From: Candidatus Thorarchaeota archaeon
GTDB lineage: Archaea > Asgardarchaeota > Thorarchaeia > Thorarchaeales > Thorarchaeaceae
Reading direction: 5' to 3'
DNA: 63,518 nt
NCBI GenBank assembly: GCA_019057475.1
Contig: DXJO01000013.1
Span: 1-63,518 of the forward strand
Shown: piece after piece, positions 37,076 through 46,836 of the stretch
Position numbering within the stretch: the first letter of the stretch is position 1
Layout of the letters: each line of letters begins with the position of its first letter
Position numbers and translations under genes: made by a program
Notes under the pieces: model-generated
Told to the model about the DNA's origin: nothing
Seen by the model: only the letters and a program-made list of their open reading frames with translations
Databases searched by the model: none

Positions 37076-38155
37076 ATGGGTGACATTCGTGTAGCGATTG
37101 CAGGGCTTGGTAACTGCGCCTCAGCTCTAGTGCAAGGAGTTCACTATTATAGGAACGCAAAGGCAAATGAAGAGGTACCAGGCTTAATGCATGTTGATTT
37201 TGGAGGCTATTTCCCCAAGGACCTGAAGTTCGTGGCAGTATTCGAGGCTAACAGGAAGAAAATAGGACTCGATGTTGCTGATGCGATCTGGGTTGAGCCA
37301 AACTGCTGCTTGAAGTTCGCCCCTGATGTACCCAAGATAGGAGTGAAGGTTCTGCCAGGGCCGGTTTCTGACGGCGTGGCACCTCACATGAAGGAGTCAT
37401 TCTTCTCGCATGATCTAGAACCTGTTGATGTAGCAGAAGAACTGAGGAAGGCAAAGGCTGATGTCCTTGTTTCTTACCTCCCAGTAGGCAGTGAGAAGGG
37501 TTCGAGAATATATGCACAGGCTGCGCTCGACGCAGGTGTTGGTTTCATCAACGCGATTCCTGAGTTCATTGTATCGGATCCTGACGACCCCATTGCCAAG
37601 GGGTTCAAAGAAAAAGGCCTACCTTGCGCGGGAGATGATATCAAGAGCCAGCTAGGAGCGACCATTCTCCACCGCGTCCTTGCTCAACTCTTTGACAAAC
37701 GAGGTCTGATTCTTCAGAATACGTACCAGTTGAACATCGGCGGCAACACCGACTTTGAGAATATGCAAGTCGAGAATAGATTGAAGTCCAAGCGAGTGAG
37801 CAAGACCCAAGCAGTAACGAGCTGTGTTGATTACGAGCTGCCAACTAAGATTGGTCCCAGTGATTATGTCCCATTCCTCGAAGACAACAAGGTTTGCTAT
37901 ATCTCCATGCGATCCAAGGCATTCGGAGACCTGCCACTTGATCTAAATCTGAAGCTGTCAGTGCAAGACTCACCAAACAGTGCCGGAGTTATCATTGACG
38001 TCATCAGGGCGATAAAGCTTGCCTTGGACCGAGGCGTCGGCGGAGAGCTGTCCAGCATCAGCAGCTACAGCTTCAAACACCCACGCTATCAGATCGACGA
38101 CTTCGAAGCCAGAGACCGTGTAGATGAATTCATAGACGGTAAGAGGGAGCGCTAG
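37076..38155 (+). CDS. ino1: myo-inositol-1-phosphate synthase
   Basis: GLGNCASALVQG, SYLPVGS, GDDIKSQLGAT, GGNTDF, DSPNSAG; ATG 37076 after AAGGTGA. Confidence 0.96.
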   Translation: MGDIRVAIAGLGNCASALVQGVHYYRNAKANEEVPGLMHVDFGGYFPKDLKFVAVFEANRKKIGLDVADAIWVEPNCCLKFAPDVPKIGVKVLPGPVSDGVAPHMKESFFSHDLEPVDVAEELRKAKADVLVSYLPVGSEKGSRIYAQAALDAGVGFINAIPEFIVSDPDDPIAKGFKEKGLPCAGDDIKSQLGATILHRVLAQLFDKRGLILQNTYQLNIGGNTDFENMQVENRLKSKRVSKTQAVTSCVDYELPTKIGPSDYVPFLEDNKVCYISMRSKAFGDLPLDLNLKLSVQDSPNSAGVIIDVIRAIKLALDRGVGGELSSISSYSFKHPRYQIDDFEARDRVDEFIDGKRER

Positions 38156-38167
38156 GGGAAACCCCTA
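38153..38167. terminator. Short hairpin between convergent genes
   Basis: TAGGGG-AAA-CCCCTA at the ino1 stop. Confidence 0.35.
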
Positions 38168-38204
38168 CCACCCCTCAGCATCTGTTCTCTAGAACTAGCG
38201 AAAT

Positions 38205-39356
38205 CTAGAGCTTCGTAAAGCCTGCTACAGTTGCTTTGTCCAGTTTTTTAATCACTTCGACAAGCAATTCAATTGCATTCTCAACATCGGACATGTCCAG
38301 CATGCCGTGATGGGAGTGAATATGGCGAGTTGGGATTCCTATGAAAAGAGAGGGAGCACCCATGCCTGTAAGATGGATTGCACCTGCGTCAGTGCCACCG
38401 AATTTCAGGAATGCGGGCTGATATCTAAGATCCTTCTCCTTTGCAATGTCTAGGACGAACTTGCGGAATCGCGGGTTTGGTATCATGGAACCGTCTCCCG
38501 CAGAAATAGACACGCCTTTGCCCATCTTCTGAACCAGACCTTCAACACCGGGGACGTCACCTGAGATGTCTACATCAAGAGCAAAGCCGATGTCGGGCTG
38601 GAGCATCTGAGCAGCAGTACGAGCGCCTCTCAGACCCACTTCCTCTTGGGTCGTGGATACGCAATACACCGTGTTGGGATGCGAGATCTTGCCCTCGGAA
38701 AGTCGTCGCAAGACTTCCAGCGCAATGAACACCCCAATCCGATCATCGAATGCCTTTGCGACTGCAATAGTCACCTCGCGCGTTTCCTCTTTGGCATCCG
38801 TATCATCTTCATCCTTCTTCTCCTTGCGAGTCCGTTTCTCGGCCCTGAAAACGGCATGCGGAACAGCGGGGTCTCCAATCCGAATCCCCAGCTCCTCGAC
38901 ATCCTTAGCGGAGGAACAGCCGACGTCAATGAACATCTTGTCTTTGGTCACAACATTCTTGCGCTTCTCAGGAGTAAGCACATGCGGCGGCGGAGCACCA
39001 ATAACACCAATGATTTTCTTGTCACCGTCAGATGGTTTGATGACTACTTGATGTCCCAATAGAACTTGGTCCCACCATCCACCAAGTTGATGGAAACGCA
39101 AGAACCCCGTTTTCTCGATGTGGGTGATGACGAAGCCAATTTCATCAATGTGTCCCGCAAGCATAATCTTGGGGCCTGAGTCGCCCCTGCGGAACACAAC
39201 AGAACCGAGGCGATCATAGAGGACCTCGTCTGCATACTTCTTGCCGTATTCATGGGCGATTTTCTGAGCCTCGTGCTCGTGGCCACTCGGGCCAAAGGCA
39301 TTGCACAAGTCTTCGAGTAATTTCATGTCAATTTTGAAATCTGTCACAGGTTTCAC
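38205..39356 (-). CDS. M42 family (TET) aminopeptidase
   Basis: GPSGHE, GHIDEIG, KAFDDRIG, TQEEVGLRGA, GGTDAG, HIHSH. Confidence 0.94.
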   Translation of the reverse strand: MKPVTDFKIDMKLLEDLCNAFGPSGHEHEAQKIAHEYGKKYADEVLYDRLGSVVFRRGDSGPKIMLAGHIDEIGFVITHIEKTGFLRFHQLGGWWDQVLLGHQVVIKPSDGDKKIIGVIGAPPPHVLTPEKRKNVVTKDKMFIDVGCSSAKDVEELGIRIGDPAVPHAVFRAEKRTRKEKKDEDDTDAKEETREVTIAVAKAFDDRIGVFIALEVLRRLSEGKISHPNTVYCVSTTQEEVGLRGARTAAQMLQPDIGFALDVDISGDVPGVEGLVQKMGKGVSISAGDGSMIPNPRFRKFVLDIAKEKDLRYQPAFLKFGGTDAGAIHLTGMGAPSLFIGIPTRHIHSHHGMLDMSDVENAIELLVEVIKKLDKATVAGFTKL

Positions 39357-39431
39357 TTCAGCTGCTTTGAATGAAACTCAGGACCTTTAGCTAACAATTA
39401 TGTATAGCGGTAAGGGCGCCAATGCTAATAG

Positions 39432-39944
39432 CTACGCGAGGCTTGCCGTGGCAAGCAGACGGAAGGCCTCCTCAACGTTTTGCCCGCTCAATGCACTTGT
39501 TTCAAGGAATCCGTTAAGACCATTTTCTTCCACAAACTGCTCGCACATCTCAGTTGAAATCACTCTCTCTTCGACAAGGTCTATCTTATTCGCAAGCAAG
39601 ATAATCGGAATCCTGTGGCCCAGGGATTTCTCAGTTTCCTCAATCCATTTTGAAAGTTCAAGGAAGGTGTTCTTCCGGGTTGTGTCAAAGACAAGCAGTG
39701 CTCCCTTTGAGCCCTTGTAGTAACTGCTTCTGATGAAATCGAACCGCTGTTGACCTGCCAGATCCCAGACGAGAAGCTTCACGTTCACGAGATTCCCAGT
39801 GGTGCTCTCTACTGTTACAGTTTTGACGGCGAACTGGCTGCCAATCGTCACGATGTACTGCTCTGTGAACTTGTGTGTTAGGAAGCGATTGACCAGAGCG
39901 GTCTTGCCGCTGCCCCCAGCGCCAATCAAGACCACCTTGCGCAT
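39432..39944 (-). CDS. Rab-like small GTPase, no prenylation tail
   Basis: GAGGSGKT, TIGSQF, WDLAGQQRF, YYKGSKGALLVFD, NKID, ETSA. Confidence 0.93.
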   Translation of the reverse strand: MRKVVLIGAGGSGKTALVNRFLTHKFTEQYIVTIGSQFAVKTVTVESTTGNLVNVKLLVWDLAGQQRFDFIRSSYYKGSKGALLVFDTTRKNTFLELSKWIEETEKSLGHRIPIILLANKIDLVEERVISTEMCEQFVEENGLNGFLETSALSGQNVEEAFRLLATASLA

Positions 39945-40220
39945 AAATATCACTTCGCCTGACAATTGCATACCGCAACCCTACATCGTTCGCTATCAAA
40001 TGCGTGGAAGTATCTTATGAGAGTTGTAAAAACAACATCCTCCAAACATCCGATGCATAATTGAACTCGCTTAGACTCTATTTAGCCTTTGTCGGAATGA
40101 ACCCTCCTGAGGAAAGATGAAAGCTCAGTCAAGGATTGGCGCGATAGGAGCCCAAATACCACACAAGCGCGAAGGAGTTATATCACGCTCGCAAAGGATG
40201 AATGAATGGGGGCACGCACT

Positions 40221-40403
40221 ATGCGCCTAATCACAGTGAAGATGAGCGATATCTATGTCAAGGGCCTCGACAAGCTTGTAGAGATTGGTATGTACCCATC
40301 GCGTAGCGAGGCGATAAGAGTGGCAGTCCGAGACCTGCTGAGGAGAGAACTCTGGAGCGATGGGATGCCGCTCGTAAGCACTGCAGATATCAACGCCGAG
40401 TAG
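40221..40403 (+). CDS. Ribbon-helix-helix (CopG family, CdrS-like) regulator
   Basis: MRLITVKM...GLDKLV..GMYPSRSEAIRVAVRDLL. Confidence 0.88.
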   Translation: MRLITVKMSDIYVKGLDKLVEIGMYPSRSEAIRVAVRDLLRRELWSDGMPLVSTADINAE

Positions 40404-40524
40404 CTGGAAAGCGCCGCGCGCCAAGGCAAGTTCATCGCTTTGCAGTCTCCATCCCCACAACACACATTAGGAAACCAGACGATTCAAAGGCAAAGCTGTG
40501 CCATAATTGGGAGGTCCAGATTAA

Positions 40525-41040
40525 TTGAATTTCAAGATTCTCTTTAAGAGCTTCAAGTTCGCATTTAGGTCGAAAAAACGTGTGTTGTCGTTCATTGTGG
40601 TGTATGCATTCCTATTCGTCACCGTTGCTAGAGGGCTGGAAACTCCTTCATGGTATCTGTACCTAGCCATGGCACTTGTTGTTGGCACATTTTATGCTAT
40701 TTTGATCTCCCAGTTCAGGCGTCGGGACATATCCATCTTCAAATGTATAGGTTGGGACAACAGCAATGTCATGCTGCTTCTGGTTGGTGAGGTGGTCCTT
40801 GTATCACTATCAGCCTTTCTAATCCTGTTCCAGCTGAGTGTTGAGATAATCGGTCTTATGTCATATATCGAGGGTCTTGGTTCCTCGGCGCTTGCTAGCG
40901 TCTATGATGCGATAGTGATTCCAATCGGACTATTGATTACTACCCTGTTGTGGATTGTTGTTCTTCAGATACCGGGCCTTCTGCTTGCTCAGTATAGGGC
41001 CACAAGAATACCACCGATGAGAGCGGTTAGGGAGGAATAG
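40525..41040 (+). CDS. Minimal FtsX-like ABC permease
   Basis: RRRDISIFKCIGW...LLLVGE and C-terminal RATRIPPMRAVR. Confidence 0.8.
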   Translation: MNFKILFKSFKFAFRSKKRVLSFIVVYAFLFVTVARGLETPSWYLYLAMALVVGTFYAILISQFRRRDISIFKCIGWDNSNVMLLLVGEVVLVSLSAFLILFQLSVEIIGLMSYIEGLGSSALASVYDAIVIPIGLLITTLLWIVVLQIPGLLLAQYRATRIPPMRAVREE

Positions 41041-41042
41041 AG

Positions 41043-41732
41043 ATGGCGAATCCAATAATCCAGGTCGAGGGCGTTAACAAGGAATACGGGAAAGGTAAGA
41101 ATACCGTCGCCGCCCTGAGGAATATCAATATCGAAATTCGACCGGGGGAGTTTGTCGCAGTGGTAGGTCCCTCCGGCTGTGGGAAATCCACTCTGCTTCA
41201 TGTGATGTCAGGTTTGGAAGCACCAACCTCTGGTCGAGTTCTGGTGGATAGCGTTGATGTTACGTTAATCAGTGAACGGGATCTCCCGAAGGTGAGAGCG
41301 CAAAAGATAGGCTTCGTATTCCAAGCATTTCTACTTATTGAGAATCTTACAGCCTTCGAGAATGTTCAGTCAGTTTTGTGGCCGAATGAAGAAATCAAGA
41401 AGGAAAGACAGGAAGAGATGGCCCTAGAAGTGCTGCGCGAAGTTGACATGCTAGAGCGACGGGACCACTTCCCGCGACAGATGAGCGGTGGTGAACAGCA
41501 ACGCATAGCCATTGCAAGAGCCCTCGTCAATAGGCCACCGATTCTGTTCTGCGATGAGCCAACAGGCAATATAGACTCAAAAACAGGCGACACCATATTG
41601 AAGATAATCGCCCAGCTAAACAGAGAGAAGAGTATGACTGTGGTCCTCGTGACACATAACCACGATCTCACGAAGTATGCCAAGCGAATCCTCAAAATGA
41701 AAGACGGCGCCATAACTTCGGATAGATCATAA
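41043..41732 (+). CDS. ABC ATP-binding protein (LolD/FtsE/MacB type)
   Basis: GPSGCGKST, GFVFQ, MSGGEQQR, CDEPTGN, VTH. Confidence 0.95.
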   Translation: MANPIIQVEGVNKEYGKGKNTVAALRNINIEIRPGEFVAVVGPSGCGKSTLLHVMSGLEAPTSGRVLVDSVDVTLISERDLPKVRAQKIGFVFQAFLLIENLTAFENVQSVLWPNEEIKKERQEEMALEVLREVDMLERRDHFPRQMSGGEQQRIAIARALVNRPPILFCDEPTGNIDSKTGDTILKIIAQLNREKSMTVVLVTHNHDLTKYAKRILKMKDGAITSDRS

Positions 41733-41829
41733 TCTTTGAGGGGGCCATTCGGGCGGTCCATGGGACACCGAACAAAGCTTTAGAAGTGGTTTCAGAGAGT
41801 TCACGCTAAGTCTTAGGAGATTTACAGAT

Positions 41830-42660
41830 ATGGAGTCCTCTGATTGCCTAGCTGCACAGCAAGAGGCTGAAGAGAAGGCAAGCAGAGGTAGCAACGAAGA
41901 GGCAACAGAGCTCTTCGCTCGCTCAGCGAAATGCTGGCAACGATGGGAATCCTTCGCAAAGGCCGCAGGTTGCTACGAGCGTGCGTATGAACATGCAATG
42001 CTGTCGCAACGGTACTCAAAGGCTGCAAATCTGCTGATGAATGCAGGATCATCGTGGATTAAGCAGGGGGAGCATGAAAAGTTCGAGATAGACTGTCAGA
42101 TAGCAGCAGAGGCCCACATAATGGCCGCTGAGGAGGAAAAAGATCCTGAGCACTTCGTTGTGGGCGCATTCTGTGCAATAACCGGCGGCGACCTTGAGAT
42201 GGCAAAACAGTTGATTCATGCGGCAGCGGAAACTACAAAGGGCCAGGTAAAGGAACTTATCAATCTCGCACTGATGCTGAGCGAGTATCAGTTTGGAGAA
42301 GCAGATCGATACATCGAGTCTACTATAGTGGAAATTCATGACCGGGATAAAATCCGTGAGGTGCGCAAAATCTTTGAACTGGTCTTTGCTGGTTTCGTCA
42401 GAACCTCACTAGAGTCCGAAGCTGCACTGACGATTGTCAGTCTAGTCGAAAGCACAGGCTTAGAGAACACCAAAGTGGAGAAACTTGTCAGAAAAGGTGT
42501 CGAAGAGGGTCTTATTCCAGCCTACTTTGATAATGAATCGAAAGAGCTAGTCATTGACGCGGACAGGTATGATATGGAGGCTCTCGAGTTAAGGCAAGGC
42601 CCCATTCTTAGTAGGGACCTCAAGGATCCGGGAGCATGGGACATCGACCCGGACGAATGA
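41830..42660 (+). CDS. Helical-repeat (alpha-SNAP/TPR-like) protein with C-terminal PCI-like winged helix
   Basis: EEATELFARSAKCW, KAAGCYERA; LTIVSLVESTGLENTKVEKLVRKGVEEGLIPAYFD. Confidence 0.65.
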   Translation: MESSDCLAAQQEAEEKASRGSNEEATELFARSAKCWQRWESFAKAAGCYERAYEHAMLSQRYSKAANLLMNAGSSWIKQGEHEKFEIDCQIAAEAHIMAAEEEKDPEHFVVGAFCAITGGDLEMAKQLIHAAAETTKGQVKELINLALMLSEYQFGEADRYIESTIVEIHDRDKIREVRKIFELVFAGFVRTSLESEAALTIVSLVESTGLENTKVEKLVRKGVEEGLIPAYFDNESKELVIDADRYDMEALELRQGPILSRDLKDPGAWDIDPDE

Positions 42661-42757
42661 ATGACCTCAAACCGATATTCCTCCGTCTTAATGCTCTGAG
42701 AAATTCTTTTTAGTACGATTGCTGACTCATGCTTAGTTCGCCCTGCATGAAACACAG

Positions 42758-42988
42758 GTGTCGCTGATGGCAAAAGGGATGAAATGGCTGCAATGTCCAG
42801 TCTGCAAGCAGACAATTTACTGGAAAATCCCTGAAGCTGCAATGAAAGAAGTGAAGCGATTCCCTGCCGCAATAATCATCAAGCATGACGACCACTACCT
42901 AATTGTGTACGTGGATAGCCATCTTCAGCTTGCAGATACAGAAATAGCCAGTGCATTCGTAGAAGGATTGGCGCAGAAGAAGGAGTAG
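42758..42988 (+). CDS. Small CPxC metal-binding hypothetical protein
   Basis: LQCPVCK...IKHDDHYLIVYVD. Confidence 0.7.
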   Translation: MSLMAKGMKWLQCPVCKQTIYWKIPEAAMKEVKRFPAAIIIKHDDHYLIVYVDSHLQLADTEIASAFVEGLAQKKE

Positions 42989-43009
42989 TTGCATTCTCTT
43001 CGCGAGTAT

Positions 43010-43591
43010 CTACTGCTGAACGCCGAATGGTACAGCAAGTCCATTATCGTAAGCCCACTCAAGCACTCTGGATGCCTGCGCACTTGCCATGTTCCAGGTC
43101 TGGAGATAGGAAACCAAGCGCTCGACCCCGATCACCCAGTCAGACAGTAATTCTTCAATCCTTCGTCGGATGTTTGGTTCTTTGACCTCTTTCAGTATGG
43201 GAAGTAGACTGCTAACCAGACTTTGCGATAGCACGAGTATTGTTTCCAGTCGAGCGACCCACTCTTCCCGAGGCAAGCCTTGTAAGGTCTGAGCTACTGC
43301 GAGATGGTAGTCGTACTGTGCGGTGAAATACCTCAGACGCCAGCCGAGAACCTCTAGCACCAGCGAACGGTGAGCAGCGGTCGGTGCAGTCTTCATCATT
43401 AGTGAGAGAAAGCGTTCATGCATCTCATCGGCAGACTGGCTTGCTTCGAAGAACAGTGCCATCGCCTGCTGATAGTCTTCCATAGCAAGGCATGCTTCTG
43501 CTTGTTTAGATGCTTTCCTAAACTGCTCGAGAACCCTTCGAGTTCTTCCGGCTATGTCAGGAGTCGATCTGCTATCATTGGTTCCCGTCAC
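43010..43591 (-). CDS. Hypothetical alpha-helical protein
   Basis: 193-aa ORF; no motif recognised. Confidence 0.65.
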   Translation of the reverse strand: MTGTNDSRSTPDIAGRTRRVLEQFRKASKQAEACLAMEDYQQAMALFFEASQSADEMHERFLSLMMKTAPTAAHRSLVLEVLGWRLRYFTAQYDYHLAVAQTLQGLPREEWVARLETILVLSQSLVSSLLPILKEVKEPNIRRRIEELLSDWVIGVERLVSYLQTWNMASAQASRVLEWAYDNGLAVPFGVQQ

Positions 43592-43703
43592 TTGTTACAC
43601 CAGCTAACTCATCCGCCCGTTCGGTGTTTCATCTCATAGATTTCAAGTCAATAATCGCCCTAAAACAAATCTATGATGTCCTCGCTCATCGTAACGGCTC
43701 CAA

Positions 43704-44693
43704 TCAGTTCAGGTCGAGTGACAAGGGGGGCTTATTCTTCCGCTTGTACTCCTCAGTTGCCTTGGTCCAGTTCATGAATGCTTCATCCGGGGGATATTCC
43801 ACGTAGAGTTTTTCGCGCTTCGCCTCAAGTGGTCGATTCTCAAGACCAGCCAATTGTGCCATGGTGATGAGCTTGTTGCCAGCCGCTGAAGCTACATCTA
43901 TGGCTGGTGATAGCCAAGACTCCCAATGTGGGGACCTCAACAAGTGATGGTCCACAACAAGTGTGGGGATTTGCGACGCGAGCTCGATTATGGCTGAGAG
44001 CGCGGAGGCTTTGTCCCCCTCCTCAAATCGACTGAGATAGATGGGGGGGCCTCCGATTATGGCAAGGTCTGCACGAGAAGATATGCAGTACTCAAGCGCC
44101 TGTTGAGCTACTGGACCTTGAACGTCAGGCGCAAACAGGACTTTTTTCCCGCCGTGGCTAATTACCGTGGCAATAACATAGCCAAGGAAGGTCGATTCTG
44201 TACCGTGCGGCAGTGGTTGAGAATACGTAACTAGAGTGTCACCAAAAGACCAGGATTGGCCATCTGCCCATCGAATCTCCCCTACTATTCCATCCAAGTC
44301 TTTCTGGAAGGAGTGTGCTCTGCGCTTCTGAGAGTGATTGATATGTGATCTGGCGTCTTTCGCAAGAACTGTCTTTCCCTCGAACATGCGTTGAAGCTCT
44401 TCCCGGGAACCGAGGGTGTACGTGAAGTCGGTAAACCCAGGTCGTACGTGGTCATAATGATAGTGTGATACAGAAAGCAAGTTTGCTTTCCTAGCTGACA
44501 TAAAGATGGACTCCAGGGATTTCAGAAGAAGTTCATACTCTAATGGGTGTGGCTCAAGTCGATACCTCTTGGAGAGTGCTGCTGACGGATCAAGAACAAT
44601 GGAGAGATCCGGAGTTGTGATTTGGGTGCATAAGGAACGTACTCCCATACTCTCTGCTGCCAGAGGCGTTATCTCCATCTCACCCAGAATCAC
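43704..44693 (-). CDS. MBL-fold hydrolase, UPF0282 family
   Basis: AAESMGVRS, SHYHYDH, PHG, DVQGP, GGPPIYL, DHHLLR. Confidence 0.88.
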   Translation of the reverse strand: MILGEMEITPLAAESMGVRSLCTQITTPDLSIVLDPSAALSKRYRLEPHPLEYELLLKSLESIFMSARKANLLSVSHYHYDHVRPGFTDFTYTLGSREELQRMFEGKTVLAKDARSHINHSQKRRAHSFQKDLDGIVGEIRWADGQSWSFGDTLVTYSQPLPHGTESTFLGYVIATVISHGGKKVLFAPDVQGPVAQQALEYCISSRADLAIIGGPPIYLSRFEEGDKASALSAIIELASQIPTLVVDHHLLRSPHWESWLSPAIDVASAAGNKLITMAQLAGLENRPLEAKREKLYVEYPPDEAFMNWTKATEEYKRKNKPPLSLDLN

Positions 44694-45196
44694 GAGTCTG
44701 CCTTCCTGTAGTAGTTGAGATGATACCGGGCTCCATCATGCAAGAGCTCTGCTTCGTACATTCCGGACCAACCAGCCGCGACATTGAAGCTCTGGAACAT
44801 ATGCCAGTCAGATGGAAGGAAATCCGCATCCTCTCCAAGAACCTCATCCAAAGTGAAGAGCTTCAAGTCGCCTTCTCGATGGCTATCTTTGAAGTCATCA
44901 ATTTCAGCATAACCAACGAAGATTAGGAAGTGAGCGGAAAGCTCCTGATTCGAAGAAATTAGACGTTCTGAAACCATTCCACGAGATTCATAGTTCCGAA
45001 CTACTGTTGCGCCGGTTTCTTCCATGACCTCTCGTGCTGCGGCATCATGTATATGCTCTCCGAGATTCACTTTCCCACCGACCATGCTCCATAGATTTTC
45101 ATACGGCGGCTTGCGACGCTTAATGAACAGGTATTGATTATCACACCGTAGAATTGTAATCGCGATTGGCACTAGACTAGCCATCGTGTAATTCAC
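44690..45196 (-). CDS. NUDIX hydrolase
   Basis: GGKVNLGEHIHDAAAREVMEETG. Confidence 0.92.
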   Translation of the reverse strand: MNYTMASLVPIAITILRCDNQYLFIKRRKPPYENLWSMVGGKVNLGEHIHDAAAREVMEETGATVVRNYESRGMVSERLISSNQELSAHFLIFVGYAEIDDFKDSHREGDLKLFTLDEVLGEDADFLPSDWHMFQSFNVAAGWSGMYEAELLHDGARYHLNYYRKADS

Positions 45197-45342
45197 CAGC
45201 TATTGAACTAGGAAAACGGGAGCGTGGCTTTAAATCTAGGGAAGGTGTGGTTGCACAGCTTCGGATTCATGCAAGATGATGCCTAGGAAATTAGAGGTAA
45301 CATTCTTAGCAACCACATCCCAATTGCAGTCAGGTCTTTGCT

Positions 45343-46821
45343 TTGGGAAACATTCTGCGTGACGAGAACAGAACGAGGATATTGGCGACGATAACGCCCT
45401 CCAAGAGCGAAATCCTTGATCAACAGGAAATCATCAAGAAGCTCACTCACGCACTCGAACAACAAGCAATGGTACAAGGGCGAATCTACTCGTTCATTGA
45501 AGCTCAAGGCTCCACAGGTAAGAAACAAACACAATTGAAAGATGCAGCAGACATCGATCTATTTGTAGGGCTCAGACCAGATGATTACTCGGAAACCCTG
45601 TTACTCTCAGCGACTGAGCGGCACCGGGCACTTGATGTAACGCTTAACGATATTGTGGAGAAGTGGTTCATTCCAGCCATTCAAGATCTGAACGTTCATG
45701 ATGTGCAGAAAACCTTCTCGCAACATCCATACCTATCGTTGAAAGCGGATGGACTTGACGTCGACATACTATGCTGCTTTGATATCTCCCAAGCCGAGAT
45801 TATGTCAAAAGGACCCATAACAGCTGTGGACAGGACCGTTCATCACTCACGTTATATCGCCGACAACCTGACAGAGAAGATGAGAGAGGATGTGCGACTT
45901 CTCAAATCATTTGTGCGTGCTAGTCATGCCTATGGCGACATGTGTGCAGTGGGAAGAATGGGCTTCACCGGGTACGCACTGGAACTTCTTGTAGTCGCCT
46001 CGGGTTCACTTGATGGTGCATTGAAAGCATTGGCCGCCCTAGATCAAGCCCCCCACGACCCTCTGAGTCGATCGCTGAAGCAACTGAAGAAGATCCCAGC
46101 TTTTCGCAACGATATCATCTTCATTATAGATCCTGTCGACATTGGAAGGAACGTGGCCTCTAGTTTTTCACGCCGGGCATACAGCTGGCTGAAGAAGAGA
46201 ATCCAAGAGATGAGGAGCGCAGCAAAAGCACGGAAGCACGAAGTGGTAATGGGTGCGTTTCTGGAAAGACCAATCCCTACAGATATTTTGCCTGACTGGC
46301 TTGTTCCCCATGCCCTAGCCTACGAGTTTGCATCCGATGGGTCAGTACATTACACTGTTCTCAGAGACAAGCTGTACAGGCTAGCACGGAAGGTTTCTTC
46401 CCAATTGAAACATGAACGGACTGGAGAATCAAGATTCGGAAACATCTTGACCGAAGTGTACTTTGAAGATGCCACGTTCTCGATTGGTTTCTTGATTGAG
46501 AGCCCTGCTGCTGAAGAATCGTATGAACGAAGGGGGCCGCCAGCAGAGCTCACTGAGGGAGCGAGGGAGTTTAGGAAAACACACAAGGAAGTATCTGAGA
46601 GAGATGGCTTCCTGTGGACCATTGCGAGAAGGGAATGGACAGATGCCTTCGCGCTTGCTGATAACATTGTAGGTCGGAGCCCCATAAATGGACTCACGCG
46701 CGGTCCTGACAGGGGAATAGTTTCTACTAGAGTGTTGAATGCGCTCTATCTGTACGCGGTTCCTGTGGAACGTGTTTTGCTCGAACAGTGGCAAGGATTT
46801 AAGGAGCAAGGCACCGAGTAA
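45343..46821 (+). CDS. cca: Archaeal (class I) CCA-adding enzyme
   Basis: GSTG...DIDLF, QHPY, TAVDRT.HH, VRLLKSF, GFTGYALEL, DPVD.RNVA, GPP. Confidence 0.88.
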   Translation: MGNILRDENRTRILATITPSKSEILDQQEIIKKLTHALEQQAMVQGRIYSFIEAQGSTGKKQTQLKDAADIDLFVGLRPDDYSETLLLSATERHRALDVTLNDIVEKWFIPAIQDLNVHDVQKTFSQHPYLSLKADGLDVDILCCFDISQAEIMSKGPITAVDRTVHHSRYIADNLTEKMREDVRLLKSFVRASHAYGDMCAVGRMGFTGYALELLVVASGSLDGALKALAALDQAPHDPLSRSLKQLKKIPAFRNDIIFIIDPVDIGRNVASSFSRRAYSWLKKRIQEMRSAAKARKHEVVMGAFLERPIPTDILPDWLVPHALAYEFASDGSVHYTVLRDKLYRLARKVSSQLKHERTGESRFGNILTEVYFEDATFSIGFLIESPAAEESYERRGPPAELTEGAREFRKTHKEVSERDGFLWTIARREWTDAFALADNIVGRSPINGLTRGPDRGIVSTRVLNALYLYAVPVERVLLEQWQGFKEQGTE

Positions 46822-46836
46822 GCTAAGTGACTAATC

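Noticed and set aside
40095-40125. CTGAGGA...GAAA hammerhead-like core
   Set aside because: Stems I, II and III cannot be formed; better explained as a simple CTGAG/CTCAG hairpin
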